Under the pieces are notes generated by a model. It was not told where the DNA came from. It made no database searches and saw only the letters and a program-made list of their open reading frames with translations. Shown in pieces: positions 32,201 through 39,744 of a stretch of 64,000 nucleotides of DNA. Location of the stretch: contig CAYQMG010000089.1 in assembly GCA_964418585.1 (NCBI GenBank), positions 95,185-159,184 on the forward strand. The letters are read 5' to 3'. Origin of the DNA: an uncultured Gammaproteobacteria bacterium (GTDB lineage Bacteria; Myxococcota_A; UBA796; JAJRTE01). Both the position numbers and the translations under genes were made by a program. Each line of letters opens with the position of its first letter. Positions within the stretch are counted from its first letter, which is position 1.

Positions 32201-32621
32201 CCGTGCCTGCACTCACGACCACTGACCGGGGCGGGTCACTCATCAGGTGTCGCCAGGCCTCCCGTTGGTGCAGGTAGGGGTGGATCGATCGCGCCAGTCG
32301 CTGCTCCCGCAGCGTTTCCGGCGGGCTGTCCAGGTAGGAGACCAGGGTGGCATCGAGTTCTCCCGTGTCGGCGAGGTCCTGGAGTGTTTCCGGGCCGGTC
32401 CGGTGGCCGAACTTGGCCTCGAACACCGGGTCGGAGAAGAGCGCGTTCTCGGTCCCGGGCGCGTGTTCGTAGGTGTCGGCGAGGAACTCCCTTAGGGGGC
32501 GGTTTCTGGGCGATAGATAGCTCAGCAAGGCCCGTCCGTACCGAGTGGTCAGGTTGTCCAGCAGGATGTTGAACTCGTTGGAACGCGATCGTTCGGAAGA
32601 AGGGAGATCTGGATTCGTCAT
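26247..32621 (-). CDS. Giant DExH-box SF2 helicase with Zn-ribbon insertions and DUF1998-like (MrfA-type Zn-binding) module; DruE-like
   Basis: Track ORF 26247..32666 (TTG) trimmed to ATG 32621 (MTNPDLPSS) preceded by AAGGAGAG. Motifs: Walker A SAGTGSGKTE, Ia YPLNALINSQ, II VVIDEAHTY, III ATSAT, VI QRVGRAGRRGE about 850 aa downstream; Cys clusters CINPACPGK...HTCKACG...CNTCSQ, CLQCGW...CPCCG, CLRCG, CPNHCDAACHAC; LPGYGFP and ILYDTADGGAGF as recalled for DUF1998. Confidence 0.85.
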   Translation of the reverse strand: MTNPDLPSSERSRSNEFNILLDNLTTRYGRALLSYLSPRNRPLREFLADTYEHAPGTENALFSDPVFEAKFGHRTGPETLQDLADTGELDATLVSYLDSPPETLREQRLARSIHPYLHQREAWRHLMSDPPRSVVVSAGTGSGKTECFLIPILNDLALQARHRRRPLVGVQALFLYPLNALINSQQDRLAAWTRGFDGTVRFCLYNGNTPDHLPESEKRHRPEEVLDRKSLRKAPPPILLTNATMLEYMLVRPADHPILELSRGRLKYVVIDEAHTYLGSQAAELALLLRRVLTAFEVRAENVRFIATSATIASQGKDRHGRTPEEALRRFLASVSGQPDHQVHVVLGRHDIPRLPDKDPLETTFPDLDALSALTQDERYEKLCSSLPARTVRSAFVSRGPARLSDLTQTLFGPSARQQTEARKQTVRFLDLLSSATGPDGTPFLPLRLHLFARTQPGLWACINPACPGKTHRPLQSSEWPFGTVYFNERHTCKACGSLVYELVLCNTCSQIFLAGTVVQQDATDRFLPPNSPPPDRGDTATDDEEDPFAPEDDESPAPEHPADTPMGTELHFPLQHHATALLAPPPDPSSPDLETLDPKTGELGTPGPRFLVLESLESASEPLQCPRCLHKGPSLRPFWKTFRNAIQFTQSVVLPGLLEWVPADRTGNGCPADGRRLITFSDSRQGTARFAAAAQRDSERNYVRSFLYAQVIATSGTSQADQQEKREEKEAELGRLLALQRELGDRGTVLDQTIERLRQEIDSLSQTEPLCFRTAIQELSKTREISWMHAARSTYDPFDLDHQALARGLVVREFARRPSRRRALETLGLVKLTYPGLTRITRVPAAWKARGETLQTWRDFLKLCLDFFVRANTALTMEPALFRWMGTRIRPSYLLPQGEKRERHRTPWPQWMTAARPPRLAALLVQAFGLGSDRETREEVNEILHEAWQAIRRLLHQTQDGYQLDLERQACLEPIQEAWICPLTGQLLDTTLRGHTPLQPNDPWAYDTRCVKVTMPRPPFAFKRAFDGTPWSLEQIRAWLAQDEQVRQLRSAGVWHEVTDRIVEGWFYFRVAEHSAQLPAGTLQGYEREFKAGSINVLSCSTTMELGVDIGGLSAVSMNNAPPNPANFLQRVGRAGRRGERTAVSVTVCRNLPHDQAVFRNPLWPFTTPLHVTDVCLDSGPIVQRHVNAVCLTDFLLQYQAAGDKAIPKLHCGWFFEADSEAPSVCDRFFEYLQATAPARDELQYRLEVLRRRSIKERTRIEDLLEDVAESMHAARRGYLNTLEGLQTEWNALEPEDRDGSPVALAIQRQLKRHREEYLLGYLATRQFLPGYGFPTNVVPFVTTTAEELAVRRKRGRRPSRPERTSEKREDNLALLRGYPTRELRMALNEYAPGLEVVLDGRAYRSAGVTLNWHIPPEATENLINELQDLQVGSRCLQCGWVTAGRTWVESCPCCGSSNLHHRQFLIPSGFAVDIRSKASTELGAKPWMPPLESWISSGENPFVPFGSPPVVRLRHAPNGKLIHLSHGAHGHGYAVCLRCGRTVSEPWDPENPASAELPEAMRQHKRLRGGRDSSGRKGPEILCEGNGEPFAIKRHLALGSTTITDVLELHFLNPHTGMPLQEESEAITIAVALKLALAETLGVEEEEIGCTVAHGREGAHTCLAVILYDTADGGAGFCAEAPAMLTHLLKAARARLDCPNHCDAACHACLLGHDTQHERKQLNRHRARTFLSERLLHALELPQDLKCFGDATTVEWQSPIQAIQRVVLRHPLTRARFVLQGNPADWDLGAWNARHVLLHMAESGTQVDLLLPPSALDQADWQTRRQLANLAEFARLHLFLQHNQKNDSPTITYAELHHDDTVTAFATDDHAALLPGPAWLDTRQDATNVHATLNSPTLPDDLSPLSPDQLQPPDPGTVHELVINHDNPMFHNRTRFAHHFWKLVQQTHPGTARALQAGPARRVTYSDRYVKSPLSTLGLFLLLQGLEKLGTLSSDTILSIITTAVQQDGWRSPRLIHHDWTNPTTQEKVLSSLLATLRPKTQVQLVDHPRKLAHHRTLEILWSNPNRRLTLRLDQGVAFFSVHDPRFDFNQHPVNQAHTLHTTSWRIRPASPFPVYCYIDLS

Positions 32622-32669
32622 CGTTCTCTCCTTTTCTGCGAGGAGACGGCCGGGTGAAAGGCGCAAGGG

Positions 32670-35600
32670 TCAGTCCGCCGCTGAACCGGAAGGGTAAGAT
32701 TTCTTTCGGCGCGTTCGTTTGTGCACCGCCACCGGACCCGCCCCAGCGCGTGCAGCGCTTGCTGGTTTGAAAGGACTCGGCTCGTTTTCCCACGGGGTTT
32801 CGGAGGGGAACGGAGGCAATTTCTCCTGGAACGCGGGCCATGGGCTTTTCCACCGTTCCCTGGCCAGCAGGATCAAGGCGAGTTGATATGCGGTTTCGAA
32901 GTATTCCGGATCGAATTCCTTGAACTCGCGGAGAAAGAAGATGACCCGGCGCTCGAGCCGTGTTCCGGAGACGGCCGCGGAGGCTGCCGCGGCCGGAGCG
33001 AAGACCACGGGCCTGGTGTAGCCGGGGACCAGATTCTTGTCGGTGAAGGGGGACAAGGGACTTTTCCCCAGCGGACCGTGTATGGCCTCTGTTTTCAGCG
33101 TGGTGAAAACCGGGCCGGCCGGGCAGCAGGGCCACTGGTCGGAAGCGTGGCGTTCGCGGAGTTCACGGACGGTATCCCGCAGCGAATCGTAGATGGGTTC
33201 CACCGGTCCGACACCACGGGCCGACAACACCTCGTTTTTCCGGCAGGGTGAATGCTGGATTCCCTCCTGTTCCGCCCACCTGCAGAATGGGATGGTCACC
33301 GTGGGAAGGAGGTTCTCCACCCGCTTGACGCCGTGGGTCAGGGTGCGCTCCACCAGGGTGGCCATCCCCGCGTCCCGGGCGTGCATGGCGGGTAGACAGG
33401 ATCGGTGGTATTGCTCGAAAGCGTTCTCCCAGGCGCCCAGGGGGACGAGTTCCCACATGAACGGGAAGCGCTCGAACAGGTCCCAGATGGCCTCGAAGTC
33501 AGGTTCGTGCATGGATCGAACCGCGGCCATGGCCACCACGTCGGGCATGTAGCTCATGCAGCGCAACACGTCGAACGTGGCGGGTGGGATGTCGGCGGCC
33601 ACCTCGAGGAACCCTGTGACGACGCGCCAGTCCTCGTCTCTCGGGTTGGCTGCCAGGGACCGGAGGGCCAGGGCGATGTGGTCCCAACGGGTTCTGGCAG
33701 GGTGTTGCTCCATGGCCGCAACCAAGGCACTGTCGACCCGGTCCAGGGTCTGTGAGACCCGGCCTGGAGGTTCGTCGACCGTCCAGGCGAGGGTGCGGCC
33801 TCGGTGCCACGCGCCATCTCGAGCCGTGATCAGCCAGGTGCCGGGTTCTCGTGATTCCGGTGCGAATCGCCAACGCGGTGTTCCGGCAGCGTCGTGTCCG
33901 ATGAATGGGAGCGTTTCCGTCTTGCTCACATTTTTCAGTGGTCGTGCCTCCACGGTCACCTCGTCGAGCGGTTGCCCGGTTGCGCCTGTCAGCACCACCT
34001 CCCCGCGGCTCGTGTCTCGTTGAAGGACCCAGTCGTATCGCCGGACCCGGATGCTGGTTCCTTGACCTGGCGTGCTGCCAACCTCGAACACCTGGAGGCG
34101 CACATCGGTGTCGTAGGTATCGCTCATTGCAAGCAGTCGCTCCACTGCCGGGAGCACGTGCCGGAGGGGGAGTTCGTGGAATCCCTCTCGGACTCGAGGC
34201 ACCGGTTGGGTGGTTTCCAGCCTGGTGCTGAGATCGGAACTGGACGCGGACAGGTAGTACCGTCCTGTGGTCGAGGGGGTGATGATTCGGAGGCGATGGC
34301 GTCCCAGTCTGGAGATGTGGATGGGGTGATCATGAGGGAGGGGGTCCGACTTTGCCGATTCGAACGAAGCCCGCTCCACAGGCCAGGGCAGACAAAGGTC
34401 GACCTCGGTCCCGAAATCGAGGCGCAGGTGAAGGTGCGGAAGGTGGGGTGCGACACAGGGCACGTGGACGGTGTGGCCCTCGTTGGTACGGGAGATGTAC
34501 ACGCCCTCGGCCGCGCGAACCAGGCCGACCCTTCGGAGAAAGCGGCTGGAGAGTGTGATTGCGCCGTCCCTCTCCCGGTCACCCACGGTCATGGTCCACC
34601 TGAAATCGGGAGGAAGAACGGTCAACCTATTCTCCCACGCCACCTCCTCCCTCTCTCCGTAGAGACGAAACCGGAGCGTCCCGAACAGGGTTTCGTCCCA
34701 CGGGCGCCAGGATCCATCGGGGTGCCGGACCCGGATCCTCTGGGTGTTCACCGGCGCACGTCGGGCCGAACTCAGGGTTCGATACAGGTCGGGCAGCCCC
34801 AACCAGAGAGTGCTTGAGGTGTCCGGAAGGTCGAGTCGCGCCCCGGAGAAGCTGTACTCCCCTTCTTCGGCTTCGGCCGCAGTGCGAACCCTCACCTGGT
34901 CTCCATTCCGGTGAAAGGTCACGTCCCCCTGGACACGGTAAGCCGTCCTGTCCAGGGGGGCGCCCATGAAGGATGCACCGACCCCCTGGTACGTCTTCGG
35001 AGACCAGTCTGCGCCGGCCAGCACCAGGACCTCCTCCGAGCGCACCTTGCAACTCCCCGTGGCAAGAAGCTCCCACGCTCCCGGTGCTTGCGTATCCTGG
35101 CGGAAGGTCCAGGGAAGGTCAGGGAGTGCCGAGGCCCCCTCGAGCCCGGCGACCTTGGCCAGCACCTCGCTGCCACTGGAAATCTCGAGCAGAATCTCGC
35201 CTGTTTCCTCGAGAACCAGCCCACGTGCTCCGGTGGTGGTCAAGATCCAGTAGGGATTGCCCTGCTCGTGTCGACGGAGGAGCCGGCCGTATGCAGCGAC
35301 CTCGGAGTGTTCTGGAGAGTACATACGGAGTCCCAGGCGTCGCGAGCCAGGGTCCAGCTTTGTGCCGAGAAAGGACTCGAGCACGGCCGGCTCGATGCGT
35401 CGCGCGGCCGACAGGCGTCGTTCGAGGTGCCACTTACCGTTGCGCTCCACCAACCAGGTCGCCATGCGAATCCGGTCCTTCGCCCCGCGCGCCACGTCGC
35501 TCGCCGTGGATACGAGGCCGCGCAGAAACGCCAGGGCCGTGTCGTTTTCGAGCAGAATGGGCATGGTGTCCCGCCAGGCGGGATCATGGAGGTCCAACCA

Positions 35601-36242
35601 GGCGACCGGGTCCTGCTTGTCGTCCAGGGGGTAACGGGAGCGGAGGGACCAGACCTGGGCTACCAGGTCAGCCGCCAGCGCCTCGGTCTCCTCGCTTCGA
35701 AGGGATACCGGCAGCAGGTGCGCGCGGTCCGCCGCCACCTGGAACAGCTCCTCAGACGATTCGGTCCCGCCGTATCCGTACACGCGGAAATCTTCCATGA
35801 TCGCGCGGAAGTAGGCGTGTAGCTTCGACCCCTCCTGTTGGAGCAGCTTCAGGGGCATGCCGCCCTCGCATGCGATGGTCACCAGGTAGAGTTGCCTTCC
35901 GTTTCGGGACAGGACAGGCCTGTCCCACCGTTCGAGCCCGGTCCGGATCACGGCAACCAGTGTGCTCCAGTTCCATTGCTCCTTGCCAATGCTGCATTTG
36001 AGTCCATCCCAGGACCATGCACCGTGCTCATGACGTCGTCGCCACCACTCGGCACCCGCGAGACAGATCATGGCCGCCTCGTCAGGTGAGATCCGGGTGG
36101 AGGGCAGGGAAGACAGCCGCGCACGCAGTCCGGCCAGGATGGCGTGCCATTCTTCCCGGGTACACCGGTAGGCATAAAGCGGACGCCCGTCCGGTTCGGG
36201 TGGTCTGTCCACGTGTCGCTCCAGAAACTCTCTCAGCTTCAT
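32670..36242 (-). CDS. Giant (~1190 aa) protein of unknown function, operon partner upstream of the helicase; DruH-like by position and size
   Basis: Track ORF 32670..37925 trimmed: its upstream 560 codons are antisense to the aldehyde dehydrogenase gene. ATG 36242 (MKLREFLERH) preceded by AAGGAGGGAG; alternative ATG 36374 (MQVLSAG) also has GAGGAG. No recognisable catalytic motifs. 48-bp gap to helicase start. Confidence 0.65.
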   Translation of the reverse strand: MKLREFLERHVDRPPEPDGRPLYAYRCTREEWHAILAGLRARLSSLPSTRISPDEAAMICLAGAEWWRRRHEHGAWSWDGLKCSIGKEQWNWSTLVAVIRTGLERWDRPVLSRNGRQLYLVTIACEGGMPLKLLQQEGSKLHAYFRAIMEDFRVYGYGGTESSEELFQVAADRAHLLPVSLRSEETEALAADLVAQVWSLRSRYPLDDKQDPVAWLDLHDPAWRDTMPILLENDTALAFLRGLVSTASDVARGAKDRIRMATWLVERNGKWHLERRLSAARRIEPAVLESFLGTKLDPGSRRLGLRMYSPEHSEVAAYGRLLRRHEQGNPYWILTTTGARGLVLEETGEILLEISSGSEVLAKVAGLEGASALPDLPWTFRQDTQAPGAWELLATGSCKVRSEEVLVLAGADWSPKTYQGVGASFMGAPLDRTAYRVQGDVTFHRNGDQVRVRTAAEAEEGEYSFSGARLDLPDTSSTLWLGLPDLYRTLSSARRAPVNTQRIRVRHPDGSWRPWDETLFGTLRFRLYGEREEVAWENRLTVLPPDFRWTMTVGDRERDGAITLSSRFLRRVGLVRAAEGVYISRTNEGHTVHVPCVAPHLPHLHLRLDFGTEVDLCLPWPVERASFESAKSDPLPHDHPIHISRLGRHRLRIITPSTTGRYYLSASSSDLSTRLETTQPVPRVREGFHELPLRHVLPAVERLLAMSDTYDTDVRLQVFEVGSTPGQGTSIRVRRYDWVLQRDTSRGEVVLTGATGQPLDEVTVEARPLKNVSKTETLPFIGHDAAGTPRWRFAPESREPGTWLITARDGAWHRGRTLAWTVDEPPGRVSQTLDRVDSALVAAMEQHPARTRWDHIALALRSLAANPRDEDWRVVTGFLEVAADIPPATFDVLRCMSYMPDVVAMAAVRSMHEPDFEAIWDLFERFPFMWELVPLGAWENAFEQYHRSCLPAMHARDAGMATLVERTLTHGVKRVENLLPTVTIPFCRWAEQEGIQHSPCRKNEVLSARGVGPVEPIYDSLRDTVRELRERHASDQWPCCPAGPVFTTLKTEAIHGPLGKSPLSPFTDKNLVPGYTRPVVFAPAAAASAAVSGTRLERRVIFFLREFKEFDPEYFETAYQLALILLARERWKSPWPAFQEKLPPFPSETPWENEPSPFKPASAARAGAGPVAVHKRTRRKKSYPSGSAAD

Positions 36243-36506
36243 CCCACTCCCTCCTTGGACGGCACGCGCCTCGACCACCCCGGGACCGGTCCGGGCCGGG
36301 GGGGCTGAAGGCGGGAAAGCGTGGTATTCCCCACCACCTTGCGCCCTGACCGGTCCCGCGGACAAGACCTGCATGGTCTCCTCTTTCAGGTATTGGCGAT
36401 CAGCAACGAGGAACTGACATCGACCGGCGCACCAACTCGAGTTTGACATCCCGGAGCAGGCTGACGAGAATAGCGAAGCGTGCTCGTGTGAAAGGAGGCC
36501 TCCGTC

Positions 36507-37946
36507 ATGTTGAAGGAATCGTATCCGTGCTACGTGGCCAACCAGCCGGTGACTCCGAACCAGGACCTCGAGGTACGAGACAAGTACTCCGGCCAGACCG
36601 TGACTCGGGTCCCCCTGGCCGGACCGGATCTCATCGAAACCGCCATCGGGAAGGCAGCAGCAGCCGTCCCGGCGATGCGGGAACTGCCTGCCTATCGTCG
36701 GGCCAGTGTCCTGAACCACTGTCTCCAGAGGTTCGAGGAGCGCTTCGACGAACTCGCCATCGCACTCTGTGTGGAAGCCGGAAAGCCCATCCGGGACGCC
36801 CGCGGTGAAGTGACACGGCTCATCGACACCTTCCGGATTGCGGCCGAGGAAGCTGTGCGGCTCAACGCTGATTTCCTCCCTCTGGACATCTCGCCTCGAG
36901 CCGATGGCTACGAGGGCATCACCCGCCGTGTGCCGGTCGGGGCCTGCGCGTTCATCAGCCCATTCAACTTCCCTCTCAACCTCGTCGCCCACAAGGTCGC
37001 TCCCGCAATCGCCGTGGGATGCCCGTTCGTGCTCAAGCCCGCCTCGTTCACCCCGGTCGGGGCCTTGATCATCGGCGAAATCCTCGCAGAGACCGACCTC
37101 CCTGAAGGCGCATTCAGCATCCTCCCCGCGCGGCGACAGGACGCATGGCCGCTGGTCACCGACGACCGGTTGAAACTCCTCTCCTTCACCGGATCCCCGG
37201 AGGTCGGCTGGTCCCTCAAGGCCCAGGCGGGCAAGAAAAGAGTCGTCCTCGAACTCGGGGGGAACGCCGGGTGTATCGTTGACGAGGGCGCAGACCTGGA
37301 ACGGGTCGCGGATCGGATTACCTTCGGCGCTTTCTACCAGTCCGGACAGTCTTGCATCAGTGTCCAGCGCATCCTGATCCACGATTCCCTCTACGATGAC
37401 CTCGTCCCCATGCTCGTGGAACGGGCACGCGCATTGAAACCTGGAAACCCTCAGCACGAATCGGTCTCCCTCGGCCCCATCATCAGCGAGGCGGACGCAA
37501 TCCGTATCGCAACCTGGATCGACGAGGCTGTACAACACGGGGCACGGATCCTCTGTGGCGGTCACCGAAACGGCTCGTTCGTCGAGGCCACGCTCCTCGA
37601 AAACGTCGACCCCAAGGACAAGGTGAGCTGCGCCGAGGTCTTCGGTCCCGTCGCCACAGTCCAGCGGTTCTCCAACTTCCAACAGGCCGTCCAGATCGTC
37701 AATGACAGCAGGTACGGACTCCAGGCCGGCGTCTTCACTCGAGACCTGAACCGGGCCTTCTACGCATGGAACCATCTCGAGGTCGGAGGCGTCGTCATCA
37801 ACGACATCCCGTCCATGCGCGTGGACAGCATGCCTTACGGCGGCGTCAAGGACAGCGGGCTGGGCCGGGAAGGGGTCCCCTACGCCATGGAGCACATGAC
37901 CGAGACCCGCCTGATGGTGCTCCATCGAGCGGGCCGACTGTCGTAA
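36507..37946 (+). CDS. NAD(P)-dependent aldehyde dehydrogenase family protein
   Basis: 479 aa; AAGGAGG RBS; ALDH signatures (FTGSPEVG, ELGGNAG, catalytic Cys in QSGQSCISVQR). Confidence 0.9.
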   Translation: MLKESYPCYVANQPVTPNQDLEVRDKYSGQTVTRVPLAGPDLIETAIGKAAAAVPAMRELPAYRRASVLNHCLQRFEERFDELAIALCVEAGKPIRDARGEVTRLIDTFRIAAEEAVRLNADFLPLDISPRADGYEGITRRVPVGACAFISPFNFPLNLVAHKVAPAIAVGCPFVLKPASFTPVGALIIGEILAETDLPEGAFSILPARRQDAWPLVTDDRLKLLSFTGSPEVGWSLKAQAGKKRVVLELGGNAGCIVDEGADLERVADRITFGAFYQSGQSCISVQRILIHDSLYDDLVPMLVERARALKPGNPQHESVSLGPIISEADAIRIATWIDEAVQHGARILCGGHRNGSFVEATLLENVDPKDKVSCAEVFGPVATVQRFSNFQQAVQIVNDSRYGLQAGVFTRDLNRAFYAWNHLEVGGVVINDIPSMRVDSMPYGGVKDSGLGREGVPYAMEHMTETRLMVLHRAGRLS

Positions 37947-38007
37947 GAGAGGGGGGGGAGCGTGCGGTGCTCTGGAGGCTTGTGGCGAGGAAAGGAGGGG
38001 GGGCGCC

Positions 38008-38035
38008 CTTGACGCTCAGAAAAGTATGCATATAT
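38008..38035 (+). promoter_or_regulatory. Candidate sigma70-type promoter for thioredoxin gene (TTGACG-16 nt-TATATA)
   Basis: cccttgacgctcagaaaagtatgcatatatag in an AT-rich stretch about 60 bp upstream of ATG 38095. Confidence 0.35.
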
Positions 38036-38094
38036 AGTGATGAAAGCAATCAGCCATTTTTTATTGACCTCAAGCAAGAAAGGGAGATGACATC

Positions 38095-38493
38095 ATGGCG
38101 CTCGGTCAACTGACCAACTCGAACGTGGAAAAGCTGATAAAAGACAGCGACATCCTGGTGATCGATTTTTGGGCGAGCTGGTGTGCCCCGTGTCGGATGT
38201 TCGCGCCGACGTTCGAGAAGGCCGCGAAGAAGCACACGGACATGACCTTTGTGAAGTGCAACACGGAGGAGCAGCCTGAAGTTGCGGCGATGTTCGGGAT
38301 CCGGTCGATTCCGACGTTGGCGATTTTCCGCGAAGGTATTCTGGTGTTCATGCAGCCTGGTGCGCTTCCTCCGGATGTTTTGGAGGACATTCTCCAGAAG
38401 GTGAAGGCGCTGGACATGGACGATGTGCGGAAGAAGGTGGCGGAGGAGGAGAAGAAGCTTCGGGCTTCGAAGGGAGCCTCGGCCACTGCGTAG
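38095..38493 (+). CDS. trxA: Thioredoxin (CxxC motif WCAPC)
   Basis: 132 aa; DFWASWCAPCRMFAP active site and thioredoxin fold; Lys/Glu-rich C-terminal tail. Confidence 0.85.
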   Translation: MALGQLTNSNVEKLIKDSDILVIDFWASWCAPCRMFAPTFEKAAKKHTDMTFVKCNTEEQPEVAAMFGIRSIPTLAIFREGILVFMQPGALPPDVLEDILQKVKALDMDDVRKKVAEEEKKLRASKGASATA

Positions 38494-38513
38494 GCGACGT
38501 TCGGGACGATCGA

Positions 38514-38548
38514 GCCGGGTCGGGCGAGGGGTTTGGGTCTGACCCGGC
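38514..38548 (+). terminator. GC-rich hairpin downstream of thioredoxin gene (weak terminator candidate)
   Basis: gccgggtc-N19-gacccggc, 8-bp stem about 20 nt after the stop; no U-tract, large loop. Confidence 0.2.
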
Positions 38549-38683
38549 GGAGGGCCTCCCGGGCGTGGCGAGCGGTTCCGGCTGTTGCAAAAGGCCTGAC
38601 AGTGCTGCCTGTTCTGTGCTATAGGGACGGCAACGGTCTGTGGAGGCTGGAAGGCGCCGCTCATCTCCTGGTAGGGTCTCGAC

Positions 38684-39538
38684 GTGAACCGCTTGCACCT
38701 GTCTGTTGTCATTCCGGCGCTCAATGAGGAGCGCAATCTGCCCTCGACCCTGTCTTCTCTCACCCGCACGCTGGACGAGGAAGGGATACCGTTCGAGATC
38801 ATCGTGGTGAACGATTGCAGCACGGATCGGACCGCGGAGGTGATCCGTGAGTGGTCGGACCGGGATGGTCGGATTCGAGGGGTGTTTCGGTCACCGCCGG
38901 CCGGTTTTGGCCGCTCGGTGCGTGAAGGAGTGGAGGCGGTTCGTGGGGACGTGGTCATCGTGTTCATGGCGGACGGTTCTGACGATCCGGCGGACGCGGT
39001 GGCGTGTTACCGCAAGATCGAGGAGGGGTACGACTGCGTTTTCGGGTCGCGTTTCATGCGGGGCAGTCGTGTGGATCACTATCCACCGGTGAAGTTGGTG
39101 GTGAACCGGGTGGTGAACAAGACCATCCAGCTTCTTTTCTGGTGTCCTTTCAATGATCTGACCAATGCCTTCAAGGCCTATCGCACGCATGTGGTGCGGG
39201 ATTGTGGTCCTTACCGTGCGTGTCACTTCAACATCACGATCGAAATGTCTCTTGGGGCGTTGATCCGGCGATATCAGATCGCACAGATTCCCATTTCCTG
39301 GACCGGGCGTACCTGGGGGAGTTCCAACCTGGACATCCGGGACATGGGTCGGCGATACCTGAGCACCTTGCTCAAGGTGCTTGCCGAGCGATTCCTGATC
39401 GAGGACGATCTGATTGCGGACCGTGTGTCCCGGCAGGCGTTTTACGAGGAGCAGGTGTCCGTGCTTCGTCGTCGACTGGATGATCTCGAGCGTCGTGTGG
39501 ACGAACTCGCGGCCTCGTCTTCGGAACGGGCTGACTGA
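38684..39538 (+). CDS. Family 2 glycosyltransferase (polyprenol-phosphate sugar synthase-like)
   Basis: 284 aa; GTG start; LSVVIPALNEE...IIVVNDCSTDRT...FMADGSDDP motifs of GT2 (Dpm1/GtrB-like). Confidence 0.8.
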   Translation: MNRLHLSVVIPALNEERNLPSTLSSLTRTLDEEGIPFEIIVVNDCSTDRTAEVIREWSDRDGRIRGVFRSPPAGFGRSVREGVEAVRGDVVIVFMADGSDDPADAVACYRKIEEGYDCVFGSRFMRGSRVDHYPPVKLVVNRVVNKTIQLLFWCPFNDLTNAFKAYRTHVVRDCGPYRACHFNITIEMSLGALIRRYQIAQIPISWTGRTWGSSNLDIRDMGRRYLSTLLKVLAERFLIEDDLIADRVSRQAFYEEQVSVLRRRLDDLERRVDELAASSSERAD

Positions 39539-39744
39539 CCCCAGTTGATGATCGTCCGGTCAAGTTCCTTTCGTATCTGGCCATCTTTCATGCGGAATCC
39601 ACTGTTTCTGGTTGCCTGAAATGGCATCTGGCGGTATGCTGTCCCTGTCGAAAGCTGCATGGCATGGTTGGGAGCGGGATGCCGGGAACACGGGGACGAC
39701 GGTGCGTCACTGTCTCGTGCCGGGGTGCCCAGGGGCCGTTCAGG

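Noticed and set aside
36243-37925. Upstream 560 codons of the 1751-aa minus-strand track ORF
   Set aside because: Runs antisense through the well-supported aldehyde dehydrogenase gene (36507..37946), is Asp/Glu/Gly-rich low complexity, and internal ATGs with strong RBS exist at 36242/36374; a high-GC shadow ORF.
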